Below are positions 55,909 to 64,000 of a DNA stretch of 64,000 nt, piece by piece. The stretch is taken from NCBI GenBank assembly GCA_041690135.1, contig JAWLHY010000008.1, positions 1-64,000 on the forward strand, given 5' to 3'. Below the pieces are notes generated by a model. The model worked only from the letters and a program-made list of their open reading frames with translations, had not been told where the DNA came from and made no database searches. The stretch is from Armatimonadota bacterium. Its GTDB lineage: Bacteria > Armatimonadota > SYMT01. A program made the translations under genes and the position numbers. How positions within the stretch are numbered: position 1 is the first letter of the stretch; each line of letters begins with the position of its first letter.

Positions 55909-58785
55909 TCAGTCGATATACAAGAACTCGTTCGTTAGTAAAAGGGCTTGTGCGTAGGCTTCCCAGGCAGTGAGCGGCTTGCGGGCTTCGGCCTTAACCG
56001 GCCCGGCGAAGTCCGCGGCGGCATCCCAGGCGGTTTGGGTCAGCGCCGGCGCCGGGTCGACAGCATTCAGGGTGGGGGCCCACTGGAACGAATCGAAGCT
56101 GTTGGTGGGGCCGCATTCCACAATGAAGTCGAGCGTGTCTCCCCGCTTCACTTCCACGCGCGCTACACCGGCCTGCGCGGAGGTGTTGAACACTTCCCAG
56201 CGCCCGAGAAGGCCCCGGCGGCTGGAGACGATGAGCGCCCGAATGCCGTCGCCCTGGTTCGACCCGTGGCGGACCTGACCGCCGATGGAGACCACCATAT
56301 CCTGCGGTGCCACCCACCGGCGCACCGCGGAGTGCTGGAGATTGTTGCCGGCGTGGCCGTGGTCGTTGCTGAGAGTGACCCATCCCAGCTTGGGGTCCGG
56401 CAGTTTCGGTCCCCCCTGCCATGCGGAACCGGTGAAGTGGGGGAGCGGCGTGAACCCCTTCAGGCGTTGGGCGCCGGCATCGTACTCGCCGAAGCCATAA
56501 TGCCACGTGGGGACCTCGACGACCATTTCTTCCGGAAGGGCCGCCTGTTTGCGGATGAAGCCCAGCCCGAGGGCAATCTCCTCCGCGGAAGGCGAGCGTC
56601 CGAACAGGACCCGGTACATCTGCCGGATGCGGGCTTCGTCCGTCTTCTGCACGGCGATCCCCTCTCGCTCCACCAGCCCACGGGAGATCCGCTGCATAAA
56701 GCCGTTGTTCAGCATGTAAAGGGCCTGCTGCGGCACCACGGTGTTGTGTCGCTTTGGGCTGTGCTGGTTCGGATCGGCAAAGTCGAAGGTGCGGAACAGG
56801 CCGGGAAGGTTCTGGCGGTCGATGAAGCCATAGAGGGTCCGCCGGTTCCCTTCCTTCTCGCTGAACATGTCGACGGCGCGCCCGCCACGGGTGAGGTCCA
56901 GCATGTTACCTGCCGCGAGCATCGTGTCGCGCATCTGCTCGAAGTCGAGCCGGCGCCGGTTCATCCGGTGGAACAGCCGGTTGTCCGCATCCAGCTTCGC
57001 GCCCTGGGGCGTCTCCGTGCTCGCCATCCGGTAACTATTGGAGAGGACGATGAGGCGGTGAAGCTTTTTGAGACTCCAACCTAAGCCTTCGGCGGGGCTG
57101 GGGGTCGGGGGTTGGGGATTGGGGCTGGCGAAGACGGAGGCCAGCCAGTCGAGGAGTTCGGGGTGCGAGGGGGTATCGCCGCGGACGCCGAAATCGCTGG
57201 AGGTGGCCACAATCCCCTGGCCGAAGTGATGCATCCAGACGCGGTTCACCATCACCCGGGCGGTGAGCGGGTTCTCGGCACTCGCAATGGCTTTCGCCAG
57301 CTCCAGGCGACCGCTGCCCTTCTGGAAGGGTTGCGGTTGGTCACTGGCCAGGACCGTCAGGAAGCGCCGCGGGACTTCGTTGCCGGGGGTGCCGGGGTTG
57401 CCGCGTAGGAAGATGCGCTGGGCGGACGGCTTGGGCGCGTCGTTCAGGACCATCGCGCGCGGCGGCGCGCCGGGGTGGAACGACTTCAACTTCGCGATCT
57501 GGTCCTGGAGCGGCTTGATCTGCTTTTCATCCGCCTTCTGTGCCTGGAGCGCCGCCAGCTTCGCTTCCTGCTCTTTCAGTTCGGCAAGGAATTTCTGATA
57601 GGCATCCGAATCCGCCGGCTCGCCGATTATGGGCAGCTCGCCGGGTTCCTGGGAGTTGGCGAACACGCTGTAGAGGGCGTAGTAGTCGGCGGTCGGGATC
57701 GGATCGTACTTGTGGTCGTGGCACCGCGCGCAGCCGACCGTGAGGGCCTGGAGCCCTCGCGTTACCACGTCGATCCGGTCGTCGATGATCTCGTGGCGGT
57801 TGAACAGGTAGCGGTTTCCAACCGTGAGGAAGCCGAGGGCGGCCAGGTCGCGGGGGTCCTTCAACTCCAACTGGTCGCCGGCGATCTGCTCCATCAGGAA
57901 GCGGTCGTAGGACTTGTCCTCGTTTAACGAGCGGACCACATAGTCCCGGTAGGTATATGCGAACGGATAGCGGCGCTCCGCATCGCCCACCAGGTACCCC
58001 AGCGTGTCCGCGTAACGGGCCACGTCGAGCCAGAGACGGCCCCAGCGTTCCCCATATTGTGGAGAGGCGAGGAGGCGGTCTACCACCTTCGCATACGCGT
58101 TCGGCGACTTGTCGACCACGAACGCCGAGACTTCCGCGGGGGTGGGCGGCAGACCGGTAAGGTCGTAGGTGACGCGCCGGATCAGGGTGCTCCGGTCCGC
58201 CGGCGGAGCCGGGCGAAGGCCCTTGGCTTCCAGCTTCGCGAGAACGAACCGGTCGATCGGGCTAGCCGCCCAGGACTTGTCCTTCACCGCGGGAAGGGCG
58301 GGGCGCCGGACGGGCCGGAAGGCCCAGTGGCCGGTCTTCGCCTCGCCGATCCGCTCCTCGAAACTCTTCTCCGCGGGCGCCGCGGCATCGGCGGGCCAGG
58401 GAGCACCCAACTTCACCCACTCCGTGAAGTCGGCAGCCACCTTGTCCGACAACTTTTCAGCAGGCGGCATCTTCAATCCATTCGCGTGCCGAATCGCCTG
58501 GATCAGCCGGCTCTTCTCGGGATCTCCCGGAACCAGGACCGCGCCCTTGTCGCTGCCCTTCAGGATGCCGGCGCGCGAGTCGAGGCGCAGGCTGGCGAAC
58601 TGGTTCTTGGGCCCGTGGCAGGAGTAGCACTTCTCCGCGAGCACGGGGCGGATGTTCTTCTCAAAGAACTCCAACGCCTGGGGCGACGGGGCGGGCGCGG
58701 GCGCCGCGGGTTCGGCGGCCATTGCGAGGTAGGCGGCCAATCCCTGCGCGGCCAGAACAGTGGAGGTGAAGAGAAGTTTTTTCAT
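55909..58785 (-). CDS. PSCyt1 + DUF1549 + DUF1553 protein with an extra C-terminal beta domain
   Basis: FFEKNIRPVL, CYSCHG, CARCHDHKYDP, HPELLDWLA; insert WHYGFG...AVRRWVAP. Confidence 0.92.
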   Translation of the reverse strand: MKKLLFTSTVLAAQGLAAYLAMAAEPAAPAPAPSPQALEFFEKNIRPVLAEKCYSCHGPKNQFASLRLDSRAGILKGSDKGAVLVPGDPEKSRLIQAIRHANGLKMPPAEKLSDKVAADFTEWVKLGAPWPADAAAPAEKSFEERIGEAKTGHWAFRPVRRPALPAVKDKSWAASPIDRFVLAKLEAKGLRPAPPADRSTLIRRVTYDLTGLPPTPAEVSAFVVDKSPNAYAKVVDRLLASPQYGERWGRLWLDVARYADTLGYLVGDAERRYPFAYTYRDYVVRSLNEDKSYDRFLMEQIAGDQLELKDPRDLAALGFLTVGNRYLFNRHEIIDDRIDVVTRGLQALTVGCARCHDHKYDPIPTADYYALYSVFANSQEPGELPIIGEPADSDAYQKFLAELKEQEAKLAALQAQKADEKQIKPLQDQIAKLKSFHPGAPPRAMVLNDAPKPSAQRIFLRGNPGTPGNEVPRRFLTVLASDQPQPFQKGSGRLELAKAIASAENPLTARVMVNRVWMHHFGQGIVATSSDFGVRGDTPSHPELLDWLASVFASPNPQPPTPSPAEGLGWSLKKLHRLIVLSNSYRMASTETPQGAKLDADNRLFHRMNRRRLDFEQMRDTMLAAGNMLDLTRGGRAVDMFSEKEGNRRTLYGFIDRQNLPGLFRTFDFADPNQHSPKRHNTVVPQQALYMLNNGFMQRISRGLVEREGIAVQKTDEARIRQMYRVLFGRSPSAEEIALGLGFIRKQAALPEEMVVEVPTWHYGFGEYDAGAQRLKGFTPLPHFTGSAWQGGPKLPDPKLGWVTLSNDHGHAGNNLQHSAVRRWVAPQDMVVSIGGQVRHGSNQGDGIRALIVSSRRGLLGRWEVFNTSAQAGVARVEVKRGDTLDFIVECGPTNSFDSFQWAPTLNAVDPAPALTQTAWDAAADFAGPVKAEARKPLTAWEAYAQALLLTNEFLYID

Positions 58786-59049
58786 GCGGGATACGTGATG
58801 TGTATTGCGTAGGCTTACGTGCGAGGGCTTGGGATCTGCCTCGGGCGTACGAGTAATGCGTAATGCGAGAGGTCTATGGCAGGAGTCGGATTGGCTTGGC
58901 AATCTTCCTTCTTAGGATTGCCCGTTGGGACCGTCCTTTGCCTAGGGATGCTTCCTGTATTGTTGTTGCGTGGCTGTAAGGCGCGTGGTATATTCAATTT
59001 TCCTCCCCTGGCAGGCGGATCGCCCGCTCGCCTTACCGGGCAGCAGTCT

Positions 59050-59574
59050 ATGTCTGAGACAATCACGACCCCATCCACCACCTATTGCGTGCGGCGCGCG
59101 CGCGTTACGGACGCGGGGGACATCCAGCGCCTTATCACGCAGTTCGCGGATCGGGACGAGATGCTGCATCGTTCGCTCGGGGAGATCTTCGAGAACATCC
59201 GCGATTTCTACGTGGTGGCTGGCCCGGATGGCGACGTGGTGGCCTGCGGCGGTCTCCACGTCTGCTGGAGCCATCTGGCCGAAGTGAAGAGCCTGGCGGT
59301 GGACGTGGCTCACCAGCGGTGCGGCTTCGGGCGCATGGTGGTCCAGGCGTGCATCGACGAGGCAAGGGAACTGGGGCTCCGTACCGTCTTCGCGCTCACG
59401 TACAAGCCCGAGTTCTTCGCCCGCATGGGGTTCCGCATCGTGGATAAGTCCACCCTGCCGCACAAGGTGTGGAACGAGTGCATCCGCTGCCCCAAGTTTC
59501 CGGACTGCGGCGAGATCGCCGTGGTTTATGACCTGCACCGGACCGTCCCTCCCCTGAACCTGCCTGTCCTATGA
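59050..59574 (+). CDS. Short N-acetyltransferase, N-acetylglutamate synthase-like
   Basis: MLHRSL.EIFENIRDF, LAEVKSLAV, FALTY, LPHKVWNECIRCPKFPDC. Confidence 0.85.
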   Translation: MSETITTPSTTYCVRRARVTDAGDIQRLITQFADRDEMLHRSLGEIFENIRDFYVVAGPDGDVVACGGLHVCWSHLAEVKSLAVDVAHQRCGFGRMVVQACIDEARELGLRTVFALTYKPEFFARMGFRIVDKSTLPHKVWNECIRCPKFPDCGEIAVVYDLHRTVPPLNLPVL

Positions 59575-60104
59575 CTATCCGACCCTACCAACCCACCGAC
59601 CTAGCGCGCATCCAGGAGATCACGGTCAATAGCTTCGGCGGGGTTTCCATCGACCGGAACATCGAAGAGCAGTTCGGCTTCGTGGCCGGCAAGGACTGGA
59701 CCCAGCGCAAAGCCCGCGACGTGACGACGGACTGCGAGGTCCATCCGGAAGGGGTGTTCGTGGCAGAGAGCGACGGCGAAGTGGCCGGTTACATCACCAC
59801 CCGCCTGGACCGCTTCACCGGCATCGGTCGGATCCCCAACCTGGCGGTCGACGAGAAGTACCGGGGCCAGGGCCTCGGTAGCCGGCTGATCGAGTTCGCC
59901 ATCGAATGGATGCGAGAGCAGGGCATGGCAATGGCCAAAATCGAGACCCTCGACCAGAACGAGCGCGGACAGGCGCTCTATCCCCGCTTCGGTTTCCGGG
60001 AAGTGGCCCGGCAGATTCACTACGTGATGCCGCTGGGGCTTTTTCTCACCACGGAGACACGGAGACACGGAGAAGACCACAGAGAAGGAACCGAAGAGGG
60101 CTGA
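59571..60104 (+). CDS. GNAT family N-acetyltransferase
   Basis: NLAVDEKYRGQGLG, N.RGQALY.RFGF; ATGA overlap with the upstream gene. Confidence 0.9.
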   Translation: MTIRPYQPTDLARIQEITVNSFGGVSIDRNIEEQFGFVAGKDWTQRKARDVTTDCEVHPEGVFVAESDGEVAGYITTRLDRFTGIGRIPNLAVDEKYRGQGLGSRLIEFAIEWMREQGMAMAKIETLDQNERGQALYPRFGFREVARQIHYVMPLGLFLTTETRRHGEDHREGTEEG

Positions 60105-60215
60105 AGGCCGAAGCCTAGAGAGTGAATCGATTAGACACATCCGTCTCCCACTGCGAGGTTCCCATTCTATTCCGTTGAGTAACTAGGAGGCGTATGGGGC
60201 GTTATAAGGGGTGCT

Positions 60216-61505
60216 ATGAGAGGCATTGCTCGGCACTCCCATCGAACTCTCCGGTTCAGCATTGCGGCGTTTTGCCTGGTGCTGGTCATCTGCGCAAGCC
60301 TGGCGTGGGCCTGGATCGAATATGTTCCCCCCGCCTCCGGTAGGCCGCGGTATGTCTCTGCTTCCCCTGCCTACGCGGAAGCTCTTACGTTGATGCGGGA
60401 CATCTACCGGCTGCCGAAGCCTCCGCACCCCCAATTCCCTCCCGGTTCCACGGCACCTCTCAAGGAGACCCGCGCCAGGTGGCAGGGACTCCTGAAACGG
60501 ATCCATGCTCTCCACAATGGCGATTGGCGGGCTCACCGCAGTTGGGCCTTTGACGACCTCAAATCCGCCGGAGCGGAACAGGGTAGTTGGATCCTGGGGT
60601 ACTCCCAGGTAGTGGCTGTCGAATGCGAATTGCTCCGAAAGGAGAGCCGCAACCAGGAAGCGCTGGGACTTGCCCTGGACGGGCTGACCACTCATTCCAA
60701 ACTGGCGCATGGCGCCAACCTGGTTCACCGCATATTTGCAATCCACGCTCACCGCATCATTTTCAAACAGGTGGAGCAGCTGCTTTCGTCGCACGTTCGT
60801 GTGGACTGGCGGCAAGCGCTACTCCGATCGCGCGCTATTGCCCGAAGCTGGCCGGCGGTTGCCGAGGCCGAGGGGCTGGATGGCACACCTGCCTGGGACT
60901 TCACTCGGACCGTTTTGGAGGACTTCCGCCGCCAATCGTTGCCTGAGCGCATCCGTAGTCTCCGGGATCTGGGAGTTACCCGTCCCGGAGAGGTCCTCCG
61001 AGCCCTGGTTACGCCCCGCTCGGTGTCGCTCGCTGCGTTGGCTGACTACGAGCGGGAACGCGTAACGCAATTGCGCCGCCCGTTCTCCCTGCGGCAAGAT
61101 CTCCCGCCCCCTGCAGATCCGTGGGTCCTCTCCGGCGGATCGGACGTTTCGCTGTTCACGGTGACCCATTCAGAACTGCAGACCACGGATCTTGCTTTGC
61201 TCGAGGTGGTCCTGGCCGCACTTGTGTTCCAGGAGCGGGCCGGACGGGTTCCGGACTCACTGACGGAGATGGCGCCGGATCTTGTCCCCGAAGTACCGTT
61301 GGACCAATGGGATGCACCGGTGCAGTATCGACTCAAGGCCGGGGAGCCTCTCGTCTACAGCCTGGGCCCCGATGGGGACGACGATGGCGGTCGTCCGATC
61401 TCTGCATCGGAAGCGCGCGAGCCCGGAGCCGACGGAGATCGGGTGTTTGGCCACCTGGTCCGAGCCCGTCCCCTAACTCCACCGAAGACAAAAGGGGAAT
61501 TTTAA
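60216..61505 (+). CDS. Hypothetical membrane-anchored protein with GspG-like C-terminal motif
   Basis: N-terminal TM; helical body; GRVPDSL...DQW...YSLGPDGDDDGG. Confidence 0.7.
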   Translation: MRGIARHSHRTLRFSIAAFCLVLVICASLAWAWIEYVPPASGRPRYVSASPAYAEALTLMRDIYRLPKPPHPQFPPGSTAPLKETRARWQGLLKRIHALHNGDWRAHRSWAFDDLKSAGAEQGSWILGYSQVVAVECELLRKESRNQEALGLALDGLTTHSKLAHGANLVHRIFAIHAHRIIFKQVEQLLSSHVRVDWRQALLRSRAIARSWPAVAEAEGLDGTPAWDFTRTVLEDFRRQSLPERIRSLRDLGVTRPGEVLRALVTPRSVSLAALADYERERVTQLRRPFSLRQDLPPPADPWVLSGGSDVSLFTVTHSELQTTDLALLEVVLAALVFQERAGRVPDSLTEMAPDLVPEVPLDQWDAPVQYRLKAGEPLVYSLGPDGDDDGGRPISASEAREPGADGDRVFGHLVRARPLTPPKTKGEF

Positions 61506-61647
61506 GAAGCAGCAAACGCCTCCCGGAATTGCGCTACCTTGGCGATGTATGCGACTACCCGACGGCTGAAGGGGAACACTGTGCATACCACCGGCGAAGA
61601 GGTGGACAGCGCATAGAGGCCATGAAAGAAACGGGTCTTGCATTGCA

Positions 61648-61692
61648 CGAGGCGATTCCCAGGGCCGACAGGCGGGCCTGGGAATCGCCTCG
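61648..61692. other. Perfect 16-bp inverted repeat
   Basis: cgaggcgattcccagg / cctgggaatcgcctcg. Confidence 0.7.
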
Positions 61693-61990
61693 GGTGCGTG
61701 CGGAAAGTGGATGGAACCGGTCAGTCCGGTGCCAGCGCCGGAGGCAGTTTCATAATGCATAGGCTATCGTGAGCCTGAGTTGAGTATCTTCCGTCAGCTT
61801 CCGGTTGACGGAGGTAGGTGCCTGCTTAACCCGCTGGATTGCTCTCACTGATAGCTCTTCCGCAGGACATCGAAAGCTTCGATGTGACCGATAGGTTCGG
61901 GATGCGTAGGTAGATATAGGCGGTGATGTGCCGCATGTTCCCCTCGCCACTCCTCCGACGGAACCTACTCCGGGAAACAGGAAGATCTGG

Positions 61991-62653
61991 ATGTCAGAGA
62001 CGCGCCCTCGCTGGGGCATGATCCTCGATGTGGAACGCTGCACCGGCTGCCATGCGTGCTCGGTGGCGTGCAAGGTGGAGAACGAAGTCCCCCTCGGCAA
62101 CTTTCGCACCAAAGTCTACTACCACGACCGAGGCCGCTTCCCCCGCGTGCAGCGGGATTTCCTCCCGGTGGTTTGCATGCAGTGCGCGGATGCACCGTGC
62201 ATGCAGGCATGCCCCACCGGGTCGATCGTCCGCCTGGAGAACGGCATCGTCCACATCAACCAGGAGTCCTGCCGTGGGTTCGGAAAGTGCGAGGACTCCT
62301 GCCCTTATGGCGCCGTTTACGTGGACCCGCAGCGGAACATCGCGGACAAGTGCAACTTCTGCGAGCACCGGCTGGAAGTGGGGATGGAACCGGCCTGCGT
62401 GGAGACCTGCCCGGGCGAGGTGTTCATCTTCGGGGATCTGAATGATCCGCAGAGTCGCATCTCCCGGTATGCGGCGGATCATGGGCAAGAACTGAAGGTC
62501 CTGAAGCCGGAGAAGAAGACCGCTCCACAAGTGCGTTATCGCGGCCATCGCCGGGAGATGGAACGGAAGATCCCCGAGGGCCGCAACCACGATCCCCGCT
62601 CTTACGAGATCGAGACCTGGGCCTCGCTCCAGGCGACCTTCGACCCGGAATAG
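61991..62653 (+). CDS. 4Fe-4S dicluster subunit (DmsB/PsrB/TtrB type)
   Basis: CTGCHACSVAC, CMQCADAPCMQACP, CRGFGKCEDSCPY, KCNFC...PACVETCP. Confidence 0.93.
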   Translation: MSETRPRWGMILDVERCTGCHACSVACKVENEVPLGNFRTKVYYHDRGRFPRVQRDFLPVVCMQCADAPCMQACPTGSIVRLENGIVHINQESCRGFGKCEDSCPYGAVYVDPQRNIADKCNFCEHRLEVGMEPACVETCPGEVFIFGDLNDPQSRISRYAADHGQELKVLKPEKKTAPQVRYRGHRREMERKIPEGRNHDPRSYEIETWASLQATFDPE

Positions 62654-62720
62654 GGGCGGCTCTCTCCGCCCGCATACCCCGACCCTGACCCGCTTCTCCC
62701 CAGGAATTGCCCCTCCCACC

Positions 62721-64000
62721 ATGGACCGACGCGACTTCATCAAGACCGGTATCGGCGCGCTTGCCACGCTGGGCGTGGGTGAGCTCATCCGGCTTTCCTC
62801 CGGCGACATCGCCCACGCCGACGTTCCCACGCCCGCGGCCCGGCGCCGTCCCGGCGAGAAGGGCGTGCGGAAGATCCCCCACGACTACCGCCGAGCGCAG
62901 CAGGTCCCGAGTGTCTGCCTGAACTGCTCGACCGTGTGCGGCATCGTCGGCTACGTCATCGACGGCGAGTTGGTGAAAGTCGGCGGCAATCCTGAAGACC
63001 CCAACAACGGGAAGACCCTGTGCGCCAAGGGGCAATCCGGCCCCACGATCCACGGCTATCCGGACCGGATCCTTTATCCCCTCAAGCGGGTGGGGAAGCG
63101 CGGCGAAGGGCTCTGGAAACGGATCACCTGGGAAGAGGCCTACGCGGTGATTGCCGGGCGGATCCGGAAGTGCCTGAACGAGGGGCACCCGGAGCAGGTG
63201 GCGATCCACTACGGCCGCTCCCGCATCAGTGACGTGGTAGACCGCTTCCAAAGCGCCATCGGCTCCCCCGTGGTGCTGAACCACCGGGCCCTGTGCTCTT
63301 TGAACAAGCGTGCCGCCAACTACTCCTGTATCGGGGACACGGACTGGGAGACGGTGGATGCGGAGCATTCCCGCTACCTGCTGAACTTCGGCTCCAACTT
63401 CTACGAGGCGCACCAGGGCTCCATCCACTTCCTCCGGCGGGTGATCCGCGGTCGCTTCGACAACGGCGCCAAACTGGTGACGTTCGACGTCCGGCTCTCC
63501 AACACGGCCGGGCGCAGCGATGAGTGGTTCGCCCCGTTTCCGGGAACGGAGGGAGCCGTGGCGCTGGCCATGGCCCACACCATGATGAAGGCGGGCGAAT
63601 ACGATCGGGAGTTCATCGAGAACTGGACCAACGTCACTCCGGAGGCGCTCTGGGAGTTCCTGAAGCCGTACACCCCCGAATGGGCGGAGAAACTTTCCGG
63701 GCTCCGCGCGCGGGACCTGCGCCGGGTGGCCCTGGAGTTTGCCCGCGCCCGACCCCACTGCGCCGCTTGGTCCAATCGGGGGAGCCACGCTCATTACAAC
63801 GGGCTGAACAACGACCGGGCCGTGGTGCTGCTCAATGCCCTGGCGGGAAGCATCGGCCAGGTGGGCGGTTACTGCTACGGGGAAGCTGAGCGGGTCGATC
63901 CGGTGAAGTTTCCCCGCCGAGCCCGCTGCCTCCGAAGCCGAAAATCCGCACGGACCTGGAAGACCCGCCGGAATGGCCGATCGCGAACCTCTGGCAGAAG
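62721..64000 (+). CDS. Tat-exported Mo/W-bisPGD oxidoreductase catalytic subunit (partial; missing from the ORF track)
   Basis: My translation: MDRRDFIK, CLNCSTVC...LCAKG, DRILYPLKR, ITWEEA, NHRALC, FDVRLSNTA; runs off the window, with a probable 1-nt indel near 63912. Confidence 0.92.
   Translation, partial: MDRRDFIKTGIGALATLGVGELIRLSSGDIAHADVPTPAARRRPGEKGVRKIPHDYRRAQQVPSVCLNCSTVCGIVGYVIDGELVKVGGNPEDPNNGKTLCAKGQSGPTIHGYPDRILYPLKRVGKRGEGLWKRITWEEAYAVIAGRIRKCLNEGHPEQVAIHYGRSRISDVVDRFQSAIGSPVVLNHRALCSLNKRAANYSCIGDTDWETVDAEHSRYLLNFGSNFYEAHQGSIHFLRRVIRGRFDNGAKLVTFDVRLSNTAGRSDEWFAPFPGTEGAVALAMAHTMMKAGEYDREFIENWTNVTPEALWEFLKPYTPEWAEKLSGLRARDLRRVALEFARARPHCAAWSNRGSHAHYNGLNNDRAVVLLNALAGSIGQVGGYCYGEAERVDPVKFPRRARCLRSRKSARTWKTRRNGRSRTSGR

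Noticed and set aside
61506-61990. Moco/Wco riboswitch upstream of the molybdoenzyme operon
   Set aside because: Hairpins are present, but the only GCCTCCCG is at the far 5' end, not next to the RBS, and other consensus elements are missing.

Overview
GC-rich bacterial chromosome segment with about 50 genes. I found no rRNA, tRNA, CRISPR array or intact transposase. The mix of a Firmicutes-style cdaA-cdaR-glmM operon with three planctomycete-type DUF1549/DUF1553 cytochrome c plus DUF1501 pairs suggests Armatimonadota (inference only). Housekeeping genes include glmM, nnr, ggt, pgl, ilvD, cysS, selB and a peroxiredoxin. The strongest novel signal is a dual-specificity/tyrosine phosphatase gene (47599-48051, minus) whose catalytic CX5R cysteine codon is an in-frame UGA followed by a SECIS-like hairpin, 3.2 kb from selB, so it is a probable selenoprotein phosphatase that the ORF track truncates. 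Also notable: two tandem membrane FHA proteins sharing a Cys4 module, a collapsed four-helix-bundle cassette with inverted heptamer ends, heptamer repeats inserted in frame at one homologous loop of DUF1553 genes, several REP families, and a candidate structured RNA between cysS and the peroxiredoxin gene. Family assignments come from motifs read by eye, not database searches.
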